Below are positions 33,913-44,399 of a DNA stretch of 62,220 bases, one piece after another. Positions within the stretch are counted from its first letter, which is position 1; each line of letters begins with the position of its first letter. The translations under genes were made by a program, and so were the position numbers. Origin of the DNA: Candidatus Blackburnbacteria bacterium RIFCSPLOWO2_01_FULL_40_20 (GTDB lineage: Bacteria > Patescibacteriota > Microgenomatia > UBA8517 > UBA10165). Below the pieces are notes generated by a model. The model was given only the letters and a program-made list of their open reading frames with translations, was not told the origin of the DNA and made no database searches. The DNA lies in the NCBI GenBank assembly GCA_001816475.1, contig MHCC01000013.1, forward strand, positions 1-62,220. Direction: 5' to 3'.

Positions 33913-35009
33913 ATCCGGCAGTAATTGTTTGCAACGCTTTTGGTCAGTTTACCAAACTTTCTTAAAAATTTCTCCTTGGTAAATTTTTTTGCGTTATTAA
34001 TGCAATCCTCGGATTTGAAACTCCTCCTCTCCATCCTTTTTACTCCTTGAACTATTGACTCAATAGTTTGTTTATTAAAAAATATTCCAGTTTTTCCCTC
34101 AACCACAGTTTCTAACGCTCCACCTGCATGGTATGCTAAAACTGGTTTGCCCCACATCTGTGCCTCAACAGCAACAATTCCAAAATCTTCATCTTGGGGA
34201 AAAATCAAAGCCTTGCAGTTTTTATAAAATCCAGCAAGTTCGCCGTCAGTCACTTGTCCTATAAAAGATGTATTCTTAGACCTAGACTTCCTTCTTAGAC
34301 TTATTTCCTCACTTCCAGTTCCCACAATTACTAAGGGCAATTTTAGTTTGTTAAAAGCTTTTATAACTATATCCACTTTTTTATATGGAACCAATCTTGA
34401 AACTACCAAATAATATCTGCTTGATTGTGGTACTGGTAGTACACGCGATACCTGTGATACGTCTACCGGGGGGTAAATCACTTCCACCTCGCGACCATAG
34501 TACTTTTTAATCCTGTCCGCAATAGCTTGCGAAATTGCAATCATGACTTCGGGCTTTTGGGCTGCTCTTTTGTCCCACAACCTCAATGCTTTAACCAAAG
34601 GCCATGAGATTATTTTTCGTAATTTTGTATTAAAATATTGGTCGTATCCGCTCCACAAATAACGTGTTGGCGTTAGGCAATAACAAATGTGTTTTGTTCT
34701 GTCTCCTACTTTAATGGATTTTGCAGCTTCCGATGTCACAGAAATTACTAAGTCGAAACCCGAAAAATCGAAAGACTTAAAAGCAAGTGGCATCAAAGGT
34801 GCATATAAATCATGTCTTGTCCTTGCAAAAGGTAAATAATGCAATAAAGACGGTATTATTTTCGGAAAAACTTCAGCCCATTGGGCTGTTTTTGGATTAT
34901 AAACTGAAGTATAAAGTGGTGCTTTCGGAAACAGCTCATGTAAGGCAAGTAGGACTCTTTCTGCCCCACCCCATTTATTTACTCGGTCGTATACAAGAGC
35001 AACTTTCAT
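33909..35009 (-). CDS. GT4-family (GT-B) glycosyltransferase
   Basis: EDFGIVAVEAQMWGKPVLA is an EX7E-type motif. Confidence 0.85.
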   Translation of the reverse strand: MKVALVYDRVNKWGGAERVLLALHELFPKAPLYTSVYNPKTAQWAEVFPKIIPSLLHYLPFARTRHDLYAPLMPLAFKSFDFSGFDLVISVTSEAAKSIKVGDRTKHICYCLTPTRYLWSGYDQYFNTKLRKIISWPLVKALRLWDKRAAQKPEVMIAISQAIADRIKKYYGREVEVIYPPVDVSQVSRVLPVPQSSRYYLVVSRLVPYKKVDIVIKAFNKLKLPLVIVGTGSEEISLRRKSRSKNTSFIGQVTDGELAGFYKNCKALIFPQDEDFGIVAVEAQMWGKPVLAYHAGGALETVVEGKTGIFFNKQTIESIVQGVKRMERRSFKSEDCINNAKKFTKEKFLRKFGKLTKSVANNYCRI

Positions 35010-35017
35010 TGTCTCGA

Positions 35018-36172
35018 TTATACCTGAAGATATCTTGTGGGGTGTGAATTAATGCACTGATTGTATACGCCAAGCGTCTCCCTCGCCATTTTTGTCCAAG
35101 AATAAGTTTTACAAAATTTTACTCCTTTTTTAATCAAATTAGATCTCAAATTTTTATCACACATTATCTTTTGTATTGATTGAGAAATACTAATAATGTT
35201 TGACGGATCAAAATATATTGCTGCATCTTTATATATTTCCTTTAAAACTGGTATATCAGAACACAATACTGGAGTTTGCCACGCCATAGCCTCAAGCCCA
35301 GGAAGTCCAAAACCCTCAGATAAAGTTGCATAAACAAAAGCCTCTGAATTTTTATAGAGCGCAGAGAGCTCGCGGTCATCCACTCCTCCAATAATATTTA
35401 CTACATCTTCTGTTCCTGTTTCCTTTAAGAATTTCTTGAACCTGTCTTGAAAAACATTTCTGCTACCAACTACCACCAATTTAAGATCTGACAATTTCTG
35501 TTCTTTCCGCAAGAAAGTAAGGGCATTTACAACCCTTTCAACATTTTTGTGGGGATAAAGACCGCCCACATAAAACAAGTATGGCTTTTTTATTCCATAC
35601 TCTTTTAAGACCGACTCACTATTATTTCCACTTCTACTTTCCGACACACCTTCATAAGTGACAACTATTTTCTCATCAGGCAAACTAAATTTACTTATTA
35701 AATCGTTTTTAATAAAATTGCTTGGAACAATGATTTTTTGTGAATTTTTTATGGCATTGCCTACAACACTTCTGTAAGCAAAATATTTTACTATATATGC
35801 AGGTGCTGGAAGTGTCGTAACCGACAAACCTTTCAAGTCATGCCACAACAAATCATGAATAGTTACAACAAATTTGCCTTTGTAAAAAATTGGAACATTA
35901 AAATGAGGAACATGCAGCAAATCTAAATTTTCGCTGCGATAAACTTTATGAAGTGTAAATTGCTCTTTTAACGAATAATGATTTATGTCCGCTATTACTT
36001 TTTTCCATCCTTTTACCTCAGGGATATTTCGAGTATCATCGTTCCTGCAAAAAAGGACATACTCATTTTCTTTGTCAATTTGTTGTAAACTTTTTACAAG
36101 CTCTTCAACATACCTACCAATTCCAGTATGTTTTACTCCCCAAAGTCTTGCATCAATTCCGATTTTTGCCAT
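35018..36172 (-). CDS. GT4-family glycosyltransferase
   Basis: SEGFGLPGLEAMAWQTPVLCSD. Confidence 0.85.
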   Translation of the reverse strand: MAKIGIDARLWGVKHTGIGRYVEELVKSLQQIDKENEYVLFCRNDDTRNIPEVKGWKKVIADINHYSLKEQFTLHKVYRSENLDLLHVPHFNVPIFYKGKFVVTIHDLLWHDLKGLSVTTLPAPAYIVKYFAYRSVVGNAIKNSQKIIVPSNFIKNDLISKFSLPDEKIVVTYEGVSESRSGNNSESVLKEYGIKKPYLFYVGGLYPHKNVERVVNALTFLRKEQKLSDLKLVVVGSRNVFQDRFKKFLKETGTEDVVNIIGGVDDRELSALYKNSEAFVYATLSEGFGLPGLEAMAWQTPVLCSDIPVLKEIYKDAAIYFDPSNIISISQSIQKIMCDKNLRSNLIKKGVKFCKTYSWTKMARETLGVYNQCINSHPTRYLQV

Positions 36173-36173
36173 A

Positions 36174-37085
36174 TTAGGAGATCCTTGCTCTTAGTGTTCT
36201 ATAACGCTCAATTGCTCCAATTCCTGATAATACCAACCAGCGGACAGGCGCTGGATATTTATTAGAATAATGTTTTTTATAGAAGATTCTCATCGCCTGT
36301 GTTGATGATTTTGCAGCTTTTATTCTCGTTTGAATGGAGGCTGTTGAGATATTTTTACTGTGACTTTTAATTCCACCAGCAACACCTTTGTAGTGCAAAA
36401 CTTTTATTTGTGGAACAAAGTAAACTTTCCAACCTTTCTCTTTAAGCCTAAAACAAAAATCTAGTTCGTCCCCATACCAAAAATAATCCTCATCCCACCA
36501 ACCAACTTGTTCCCCCGCCTCACGTCTTACTAAAAAGAATGCGCCAACCACTGAATCCACCTCGTGAGGTTCTCTGTCTTCAAGCTTCCAGCCGAGCGTA
36601 TAGCCAGCAAAAACTTTAGACTTTGGAAATACTCTTCTTAATCCTAAAAAATGGGTAAACGAGTTCCAGGGTGTTGGAAATCCACGATGTGATGCCTCGT
36701 CTAAATCCCCGCTGGTAAGCTCTAGTCTGGGCGAAGAAACACCAACGCTCGGGTGGGTATCCATGAACTTTAGCATGAAACTTAACGCCTCAGGCGACAA
36801 AATAGTGTCTGGGTTCAAAAACAAAACATATCTTCCTTTTGCTTTCTTTACTCCTATGTTGTTAGCGGTCGAAAACCCAAGATTTTCCTTGTTTGCTATA
36901 GTGATAACATCGGGAAATTCTTGTTTGAGCATTTCCAAAGAGTCATCTGAGGACGCGTTATCTACAACTATTATTTCCCAATTAAAACCATCCCTTTTTG
37001 ACACTTTAATAGACTGGAGGCAATCTCTTAAAAAGGTTTTTGTATTAAAACCAACAATAATAATACTTAAATCAAGTTTTGTCAT
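36174..37085 (-). CDS. GT2-family glycosyltransferase
   Basis: LSIIIVGFNTK, VVDNASSDDS, LNPDT. Confidence 0.85.
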   Translation of the reverse strand: MTKLDLSIIIVGFNTKTFLRDCLQSIKVSKRDGFNWEIIVVDNASSDDSLEMLKQEFPDVITIANKENLGFSTANNIGVKKAKGRYVLFLNPDTILSPEALSFMLKFMDTHPSVGVSSPRLELTSGDLDEASHRGFPTPWNSFTHFLGLRRVFPKSKVFAGYTLGWKLEDREPHEVDSVVGAFFLVRREAGEQVGWWDEDYFWYGDELDFCFRLKEKGWKVYFVPQIKVLHYKGVAGGIKSHSKNISTASIQTRIKAAKSSTQAMRIFYKKHYSNKYPAPVRWLVLSGIGAIERYRTLRARIS

Positions 37086-38278
37086 CGCTTTGCTGCTAAC
37101 TCATAAACAGCATCAAGTTTTTTGGCCATTTGCTCCCAGCTATACTCTTCAACCACTAATTTTCTTGCACATTCGGCCAATTTTTTTGCTTTTTCCGGAT
37201 TTTGAAGAAGAGTTACAACCCCTTCTGCTAAATCACTCGGGTTGTCCCGAACCAGAGCTGATTCTTCGTTTATTATTCCAATCCCCTCAGCCCCAATAGA
37301 CGTTGTAACCATGGGAAGTTTTGAGGCCATCGCGGCTAAATTCTTTAAACGTGTCCCCCCTGGTCCCCGAAGTGGTGCAACAAACACCGAAGCCTTATTG
37401 TACGCTCTTTGAGTACTTTTAAGGTCTCCGACATCCAGCGAATCAATAATTACGTCTTTACTGGCTAAACTTGTAATCGCATTGGGTGTGTGCTGCCCAA
37501 CAATCCAAGCTTTTGCTTCTGGTATTTTTTCCTTCACTTTAGGATAAATATCTTTTATTAATATTTCTGCTGCTTCTACATTTTGCAACCATTTGAAATT
37601 GCTGGTAAAAAGTATTCTTTTATCTTTGTTGCTCCAGCTTTTCTTGGGTTCAAAGAAGTCTAAATCTACACCATTAGGAACAAGGTCTACATCAATCGTA
37701 GGTTCAAGTCTTAACATCTCCTCCCTGTCAGTCTTTGATACAGCAACAACTCTTTCAGCTCTCTTCCAAAAACGTCTTTCCCAAAATTTCAGCTTTTCTA
37801 CATCTAAGTTCAACAGATTTTTCAAACCCGGCCATTTTACTCCGTTTACGAAATGTTTGTATACCAAATATTCAATTGTTTGCTCAACTAAAATAATTGG
37901 AAGAGATGTTTTGGGGATATTTGTCATCACATAAAAAGTTTCTGCGTGAATAAGGTCGTACTTTTCGTTTTCCAGCTCCTGACTTACCGCCTTTCTAAAA
38001 GTTTGCGAGAGATAAATTGATACAAGAAACGGATAGGGCGTAAAACCTGACAAAAGAATATTAAAAGGATGCCAGGCTTTCCTTCTTTTGAAGACTTTTA
38101 CTTTTTTGCAATACTTTTCAAGTTCAGGAATCCAGCTTTTTTCCTTGTCTTCCCTTATGTAGCAAAAAAGAGTTATTTCATGCTTTTTATAAAGTTGTTT
38201 CAAAAGATTGTATGAACGAATTTGTCCTCCCGAGGCAGGAGGATAAGGAAGGTATGGGGTGAGCATGAGAATTTTCAT
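37082..38278 (-). CDS. GT4-family glycosyltransferase
   Basis: PYPPASGGQIRSYNLL at the N-terminus; GPGGTRLKNLAAMASKLPMVTT. Confidence 0.85.
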   Translation of the reverse strand: MKILMLTPYLPYPPASGGQIRSYNLLKQLYKKHEITLFCYIREDKEKSWIPELEKYCKKVKVFKRRKAWHPFNILLSGFTPYPFLVSIYLSQTFRKAVSQELENEKYDLIHAETFYVMTNIPKTSLPIILVEQTIEYLVYKHFVNGVKWPGLKNLLNLDVEKLKFWERRFWKRAERVVAVSKTDREEMLRLEPTIDVDLVPNGVDLDFFEPKKSWSNKDKRILFTSNFKWLQNVEAAEILIKDIYPKVKEKIPEAKAWIVGQHTPNAITSLASKDVIIDSLDVGDLKSTQRAYNKASVFVAPLRGPGGTRLKNLAAMASKLPMVTTSIGAEGIGIINEESALVRDNPSDLAEGVVTLLQNPEKAKKLAECARKLVVEEYSWEQMAKKLDAVYELAAKR

Positions 38279-38279
38279 A

Positions 38280-39746
38280 TCAATTTTTGGGCATTCGCTT
38301 GCGGTTTAGGTCAACAATTACATACTCATCAGTTTGTACAGGAATTTCAAATTTCCGCATCGCGTCCTGCACCTGTGGATCACCTAAATTAACAGAAACG
38401 TAATAATCCGCTCCTTTTGCGATTAACTCTTCAATAGAGTTTGTTTGATATGGCCACCCACTTCTCTTTGTTTGATAAAGAAATGCTGTGTCACCGTTAT
38501 ATGAAGCAAGGACGAACGCGTTTTTCGGTGCAATCTTGTCTAAAGCCTCACCGGCTCTTATTATTTCCGGATGATTAATTTTGTAAAATTCTTTTACAGG
38601 CAACCACGAAAAATAAAGCCCAGCAATTATGGTTACAATTACAAAAATTTTTGTGAACGGCTGTATAAAATCCTTTGTTTCCCAAAGATAAAGTATCCCG
38701 CGAGCGACGACAATTGCAACTGCTGGAATTACCAATGTTTGATAATAATCATGTCTTACGTTGGCGGTGGCAATAATTGAGACGTAAGAGAGCGCCCCTA
38801 GAATAAACATCAAAGGAAACCTGTGTTCGTTTTCTTTGGACTTGGACAAAATACCTGCTGCAAAAGCGACTATTCCCCATCTTCCCAACATTAAAATACC
38901 CAACCTTTGACCAAAAATCCAATGCCAATAGGAAGGCTTAAACCGTATACCATCGCTATTAAAAACCCACTTATAAAAAGGAACTCCCTCCGGATATTGA
39001 CTAATCCAAACTCTCCAAGCAAAAAGTGGCAGTAAAGCAACCGATACGAACAGCCAAAGATTTTTATCTTTAACTAATTTGGCAAAATCCCATTTGTGTT
39101 TATCAGCAGCCAACCAAAGCATTGGGATTCCATAAAAAGCAACATAAGGTTTCACTAATAATGCTAAGGCGAAAAAGACTCCTGATAATAACAAGGCTTT
39201 AGGTTTAGAGTTGTCAAACCATCGCACAAAAAAATACAATGCGGCTAAACCAAACATAACGGCAGCTGGTTCTGGCAAAATTACACGAGAAAAATAGATA
39301 TTGAATGGCATAAACGCGAATATCATGGCTGACAAAATTCCACCCTTTACCCCCAAAAACCGTTTGCTAAGTGAAAAAACCAACACTGTCGAAACCAATG
39401 AAAAGATAACCGACAGCAATCTACCCCATTTTTCAATTGAAAAAATACCAACCGTACTAACTAACAAAGTGTGTAAGGCGTTGTAGACCGGAAACTCAAC
39501 AAACCTCCACCCATTCGGATTAGGTTTCCCTGTTTGCAAGAATGAAATATCGTAATAGCGGGGGTACAGGAGATCTATGCCTTGATCTAAATATATTCGT
39601 GTTACGCTTGCAGTATCCGCCTGCCGCCAAGAATGCCAATCCGCAATCGGGTTATCAATCTTATAAAGACGCGCTGCAAACGCCAATAAAACTATTATTA
39701 ATAAAATCAGATATTGATTTTTAATTAATGCGACAATCTTAGTCAT
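38280..39746 (-). CDS. GT-C fold polytopic glycosyltransferase (ArnT/PMT_2-like)
   Basis: 488 aa, about 11 TM segments, first loop DWHSWRQADTASVTRIY, soluble C-terminal domain. Confidence 0.65.
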   Translation of the reverse strand: MTKIVALIKNQYLILLIIVLLAFAARLYKIDNPIADWHSWRQADTASVTRIYLDQGIDLLYPRYYDISFLQTGKPNPNGWRFVEFPVYNALHTLLVSTVGIFSIEKWGRLLSVIFSLVSTVLVFSLSKRFLGVKGGILSAMIFAFMPFNIYFSRVILPEPAAVMFGLAALYFFVRWFDNSKPKALLLSGVFFALALLVKPYVAFYGIPMLWLAADKHKWDFAKLVKDKNLWLFVSVALLPLFAWRVWISQYPEGVPFYKWVFNSDGIRFKPSYWHWIFGQRLGILMLGRWGIVAFAAGILSKSKENEHRFPLMFILGALSYVSIIATANVRHDYYQTLVIPAVAIVVARGILYLWETKDFIQPFTKIFVIVTIIAGLYFSWLPVKEFYKINHPEIIRAGEALDKIAPKNAFVLASYNGDTAFLYQTKRSGWPYQTNSIEELIAKGADYYVSVNLGDPQVQDAMRKFEIPVQTDEYVIVDLNRKRMPKN

Positions 39747-41133
39747 TTTTTGCTTCTTCCTCTCTTACTCTGCCTCTGTTTACTATCCCATATGCAATCC
39801 CCGCAAGTGCCCAAAAAATTATAGCAATTTTTGACGCTTCAAAGGCATCAATAAAAGTTGCAGTAATAAGCAATCCCAACAGTGACCCTGCAAAACCCGT
39901 AACAAAAACTGATTCTACGCTTAGAGAAGCTCTCCTTAAGTACGAGCCAAACCCTTCAATAAGTCTACCTAAAACCAAAAAGAAAGCGAGTGTGCCCACA
40001 ATTCCAACTTCTCCAAGCATTCTAAGATAATCATTGTCCGTTGCAAGGTTTAGAGATGAATAACCAGTCCCCAACAGTGGATTTTTCAAAAAAGCCCTGA
40101 TGGCTCGTGGCCATTCAACATTTGTTCTGATAGCAACCGACCTATCCTCAGGAATCACTGTTGGTTCTTGATATTGCAGTTGTTCAAAAGCAATAAGTTT
40201 TTGTTCCTCGTATGCCATTGCCCTAGCAGGAAAACTAATGTTGTATTGCCCGATCAATCGTTGTTTATATATTTCTAAAGTTCTTGTGTATCGCACCCCC
40301 AATCCACTCAAAATAATCATTCCGCCCATACTTAAAACAAAAAACGGCACAATATACTTTTTCTTTCTTGAAATGATTAACATGAAACTAATCGCAATCA
40401 AATAAGCTCCAAAAGAAATTCGAGACTCCGTTTGCAAAAACAACCAATATGCAGGAGCTAAAAGTAAAAAGAAAAATGCTACTTTGTGTTTTAGTTTATT
40501 TATTATAGAAAGACATGCGATAAAAATCGGAAATACTAAGACCAGAAATGCAGCAAGGTCATAGTGGCCCGCGAAAGTTGAAGGCAACCTAGCTCCCGGT
40601 ATCCAACGAAGAGCAGCGCCTTTTGAGTATTCCTCGTTTTGGGTTGAGATGATGGGAAACTGAAAATATCTTTGCAAGAATCCTACGAGAAATGCAAATA
40701 AAGTTACGACCGCAAGAATCTGTAAATAATATCCCGCCCTACCTCCCTTTTGAATTGCTTTATACGCAATTAAAAATGGAATTATGTATTCAATGCGCCT
40801 TATCCAATGCAACAAAGCTACATTCATCGCGACTGTTTTTGTTAATAGTAGGGCGCTTACCAAAGACAATCCCCCAACCAAAATAAAAAGAAACATCGCC
40901 AAGTAGAGTTTGTTTTTTAATACGTTATCAATTCCATCTCTAAACAAACTAACAATCACTAAAATCCCCAAAATCCCTAAAACAAAGTCTTCCATTCTTA
41001 TAGCAACATATGTACCTGGAATATTTAAAATTGGAAATTTGGGATACAGGGGAATCACAATAAGTATTACTGCAAGTCCATACTTAAATATTTCGTCGCT
41101 ATTAAAAAGCCGCCAAAGCCCGCCGATATGCAT
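39739..41133 (-). CDS. O-antigen ligase/polymerase-like (Wzy_C family) membrane protein
   Basis: 464 aa, polytopic, QTESRISFGAYLIA motif and a large periplasmic loop. Confidence 0.7.
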   Translation of the reverse strand: MHIGGLWRLFNSDEIFKYGLAVILIVIPLYPKFPILNIPGTYVAIRMEDFVLGILGILVIVSLFRDGIDNVLKNKLYLAMFLFILVGGLSLVSALLLTKTVAMNVALLHWIRRIEYIIPFLIAYKAIQKGGRAGYYLQILAVVTLFAFLVGFLQRYFQFPIISTQNEEYSKGAALRWIPGARLPSTFAGHYDLAAFLVLVFPIFIACLSIINKLKHKVAFFFLLLAPAYWLFLQTESRISFGAYLIAISFMLIISRKKKYIVPFFVLSMGGMIILSGLGVRYTRTLEIYKQRLIGQYNISFPARAMAYEEQKLIAFEQLQYQEPTVIPEDRSVAIRTNVEWPRAIRAFLKNPLLGTGYSSLNLATDNDYLRMLGEVGIVGTLAFFLVLGRLIEGFGSYLRRASLSVESVFVTGFAGSLLGLLITATFIDAFEASKIAIIFWALAGIAYGIVNRGRVREEEAKND

Positions 41134-42019
41134 CTCTTACTCCTTTCTTAGAATTTATCACACTAAATAATACCACTCTTAGTATTGCACCCCATTTAAT
41201 AAATAGCTCTAATAAAGCCTTTTCAATAAAATTTTTATGCTTACTATAAAACAACCGAAGACTTTTATACTCTCCAAGAATTGCGTCTGAGGATGTACCT
41301 GACGCACCGCCGATATGAGTAATACTAGCAGTCGTCGTATAAAATATTTTCCAGCCACACTCTTTTATCCTAAAACAATATTCAAGTTCTTCAACGTACA
41401 TAAAAAAGTCTTCATCCAAATAGCCTACTTTTTCAACAACTTCGCGTCTTATAAAAAAGAATGCTCCAGTTACCCAGTCTTGTTCATGATCTTTCTTGTA
41501 ATACCCACTCCTTGTTATAAAACTTGGAGTATGGGGGTGGTAAGAGCCAAAAATGTCAGCTACTAAAGGAAAGTCATCAAGAAAAGACGACCACAATAAT
41601 ACTTTAAAAAGCGAAGGGGAAGAACCACCAGAGGCTTGAATTGATCCATCAGGATTAAGAAGCGTACAAGTTGTAACACCCACTTCGGGGTACTTATCCA
41701 TCCAATCGACCATTTTACCCAAAGTGTTTTCTTGAAGATATGTATCTGAGTTTAAAAGAAGTACATATCTTCCCTGTGCTATTTTTATCCCTTGATTGTT
41801 GGCTTTAGCAAACCCTAAATTTTCTTTATTTTTTATTACTTTTAGATTTTTTACAAACTTTGCATGGTCTTTGATATTTTGACTACCGTCACTGGAGGCA
41901 TTATCAACAATAATAACTTCATACTTAATACAAGTTGTATAATCAGCAATCGAGCGAAGACAGGAAAGAAGTAACTTTTCTGTGTTGTAACTAATTATGA
42001 CAATAGACAGATCCATCAT
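41102..42019 (-). CDS. GT2-family glycosyltransferase
   Basis: LSIVIISYNTEK, IVDNASSDGS, LNSDT. Confidence 0.85.
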   Translation of the reverse strand: MMDLSIVIISYNTEKLLLSCLRSIADYTTCIKYEVIIVDNASSDGSQNIKDHAKFVKNLKVIKNKENLGFAKANNQGIKIAQGRYVLLLNSDTYLQENTLGKMVDWMDKYPEVGVTTCTLLNPDGSIQASGGSSPSLFKVLLWSSFLDDFPLVADIFGSYHPHTPSFITRSGYYKKDHEQDWVTGAFFFIRREVVEKVGYLDEDFFMYVEELEYCFRIKECGWKIFYTTTASITHIGGASGTSSDAILGEYKSLRLFYSKHKNFIEKALLELFIKWGAILRVVLFSVINSKKGVRDAYRRALAAF

Positions 42020-42582
42020 TTTTCTCGCCTTGCCAAGTCGGAAAATAAGTTATTAAACATATTTATGGCTTGTCCACCTACGATAAAAAGTAAAATTAGT
42101 GATAAGTACATTATAATTACCCTTGGCAAAAGTGGGGAAGGAACATATTTTACAGTAACTTTTTGGTCAAAATGAGAACCCTTGTACCAAATATCATCCT
42201 TTGGCAATTTAGGAATAAATCCATTTACAAAAAGTGATCCCCTAAAGGGTAAGACTACCTCCTCGAGATAAGTACTCCTCGTTTGATCGCGAACCCAAGT
42301 AAATGCCTCTTCTGGCGGGTAATTTAATCTATAAACAAGTAAAGGAATCCCCAAGAACGTAGATGACATTTGATTTTGGTAGAAGTCTAGGACATTTTCT
42401 CTATCAAAATTTGTATAATAACCACGCCTAAGGAAAGTTTCAACATCTGCATCTTCCAGATTTTGCATTGAATCAGAAAGATATCCAGGAAACTTAGGAG
42501 ACGGCAAAGCTGTATAAACCATAAGAGCAATAAAAAACAAAAAAACACAAACTCTAAAAAGCAGTTTAAAAAAAGTTTTCAT
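42016..42582 (-). CDS. hypothetical N-terminally anchored protein
   Basis: ATG at 42582 (MKTFFKLLFRVCVFLFFIALMVY...) is preferred over 42606, because 42583-42631 is occupied by two hairpins. Confidence 0.4.
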   Translation of the reverse strand: MKTFFKLLFRVCVFLFFIALMVYTALPSPKFPGYLSDSMQNLEDADVETFLRRGYYTNFDRENVLDFYQNQMSSTFLGIPLLVYRLNYPPEEAFTWVRDQTRSTYLEEVVLPFRGSLFVNGFIPKLPKDDIWYKGSHFDQKVTVKYVPSPLLPRVIIMYLSLILLFIVGGQAINMFNNLFSDLARREK

Positions 42583-42610
42583 CAAAAGATTATGGCTGCA
42601 AGCCATATGA

Positions 42611-42629
42611 AACCCCGCTTAGCGGGGTT
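42611..42629 (-). terminator. GC-rich 8-bp hairpin AACCCCGC-TTA-GCGGGGTT inside the glycan operon (terminator/processing-site-like)
   Basis: Perfect stem read directly. On the minus strand it is followed by only UUU. A second hairpin, TATGGCT-NNN-AGCCATA, lies at 42591-42607. Confidence 0.4.
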
Positions 42630-42631
42630 GA

Positions 42632-43234
42632 TTATTGGAAAAGTCTTGCTCGTCCTATCTTGTACTTGGGGTTTTTCAATTTTCGTTCTCCAATTTCTTT
42701 TGCAGGAACTCCACCGACAATTGTAAAATCTGGAACGTTTCGAGTTACAACAGCGCCAGCCGCAACAACAGCTCCTCTACCTATCTTAACTCCAGGTAAA
42801 ATAGTCACTCTTGGACCAATAAAAACATAATCTCCCACCTCTATTGCGTCCTCTGTTGCTGCAAAATCCTCCGCTTCCAAATCATGCTCTGAGTTATATA
42901 TTCTAACTTCTGAGGCTATGTCTGTATGGTTTCCGATAATCAATGGAGCTCGACCATCTAAAAATGCGTTATTGCCAATAACCGTGTCTTCCCCAATCTC
43001 GATATTTTCAGGCTGAAAAAAATTTGCCCACATGTGGATTGTTGAGCCTCGGCCAATTTTCATTCCGGAGAAGCGATAGGCTGACATTCTAACTAAATGT
43101 AGTGGAATATGTCCAACCCAACGAAGAATCATTAGTTCAAGATCAAGAAGAATACTGGTCAATCTGTTTATTATTTTTCCAAAAGTCTGTACAAAGGTTA
43201 GCTCTCTACCCATTCTATCTTTAAAGACAGCCAT
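42632..43234 (-). CDS. left-handed beta-helix (hexapeptide-repeat) acetyltransferase
   Basis: IGEDTVIGNNAFLDG, IGNHTDIASEVRI, VGDYVFIGPRVTILPGVKIGRGAVVAAGAVV. Start uncertain: 43234 is chosen because the track start 43363 overlaps the upstream GT4 by 86 nt. Confidence 0.7.
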   Translation of the reverse strand: MAVFKDRMGRELTFVQTFGKIINRLTSILLDLELMILRWVGHIPLHLVRMSAYRFSGMKIGRGSTIHMWANFFQPENIEIGEDTVIGNNAFLDGRAPLIIGNHTDIASEVRIYNSEHDLEAEDFAATEDAIEVGDYVFIGPRVTILPGVKIGRGAVVAAGAVVTRNVPDFTIVGGVPAKEIGERKLKNPKYKIGRARLFQ

Positions 43235-43277
43235 TAGACCATTATATATTGTTACTACTTTTACTGCAAAGATTGAG

Positions 43278-44399
43278 CTAAACCGCTTTTTCCAAAATTT
43301 GGAGGGTATCGTTAGCAGTTTTTTCCCAATCAAATTTATTCGCTTGTTTTTTAACTTTGTCACTTAAAACATCATGCTTTTCAAGTGCCTTTTCGATCCC
43401 CTCTGCAATACTCTTTGGATCGTTGGGATCGACAATTATCCCTGCGCTACCCACCACCTCTGGAAGACTTCCAGCGCTCGCAACAACAACTGGTATACCC
43501 ATACCCATTGCCTCCAAAACATGCATTCCGAACCCTTCAGTAAAAGATGGTGCAGCAATAACTAGGCATCCTGCTATTAATGATACTTTATCCTCCTCAG
43601 AAACAAAGTCGGTAAAAATAACTTTCTCTTGAAGATCTAAACTTATTACTTTGTTAAATATTGACTCATAAAGCCAGCCTTTTTTCCCGGAAATTACCAA
43701 TTGAAGATCGTCGTGGTCTTTTGAAACTACCTTAAACGCCCCAAGAAGCCCTTCGATGTTTTTACTTGGTTTCAAAGTACTTAAAAATAAAATATATTTA
43801 CCATGAATTCTATACTTTGTTTTTACTTTTTGAATTTTAGAATTTATTTGAGATTTGTTATTTGGAACATGGAATTTGCTTTTGTCATACCCCGGATATG
43901 TAACCTCAACCTTACCTTTTGCCCATGGATAATAACTTAGAACTTCTCTTTTTGTACTCTCAGAGATAGCAATAATTTTTTTTGCAAACCTCATCGACAA
44001 AGCACCCCAATATTTTAACTGGTAATAGTCGTATTTTTTGAATTGCTCCTTTGTTTCTAGATAACCTAAATCCATTATGGAAACCACTGCTGGAATTGGC
44101 AACAATAAAGGTGCGTAGTGGCTAGGAGTAAACAAAACGTCTGGTTTTGGATTTGTTAACCATAAATGTGGTAGTAACTTCGATAAAACCCAAACACCAC
44201 GAGCCGGCAATACTTTATAATTCCATCCATCCCGTTCTCTTGGTAAATGAGGTAGGGGAGACTGGCGCAAATAAATGATAAATGAATGTTTTTTTGACTC
44301 AGGTAGTCTTTCAAGGGCTGCTAAAAGTTCAGCTGCATATTGATTTACCCCAACTCTGTTTTCGATGTTTGCTTCGTTGCCATCGATTCCAATTATCAT
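43278..44399 (-). CDS. GT4-family glycosyltransferase
   Basis: TEGFGMHVLEAMGMGIPVVV. Confidence 0.85.
   Translation of the reverse strand: MIIGIDGNEANIENRVGVNQYAAELLAALERLPESKKHSFIIYLRQSPLPHLPRERDGWNYKVLPARGVWVLSKLLPHLWLTNPKPDVLFTPSHYAPLLLPIPAVVSIMDLGYLETKEQFKKYDYYQLKYWGALSMRFAKKIIAISESTKREVLSYYPWAKGKVEVTYPGYDKSKFHVPNNKSQINSKIQKVKTKYRIHGKYILFLSTLKPSKNIEGLLGAFKVVSKDHDDLQLVISGKKGWLYESIFNKVISLDLQEKVIFTDFVSEEDKVSLIAGCLVIAAPSFTEGFGMHVLEAMGMGIPVVVASAGSLPEVVGSAGIIVDPNDPKSIAEGIEKALEKHDVLSDKVKKQANKFDWEKTANDTLQILEKAV

Noticed and set aside
36763-37299. 178-aa plus-strand ORF
   Set aside because: It is antisense to two confident glycosyltransferase genes (36174..37085 and 37082..38278) and has no recognisable motifs.
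43235-43363. Long N-terminal extension of the acetyltransferase ORF
   Set aside because: It would overlap the upstream GT4 gene by 86 nt. An internal ATG at 43234 (or 43213) precedes the hydrophobic and hexapeptide regions. The start remains uncertain.
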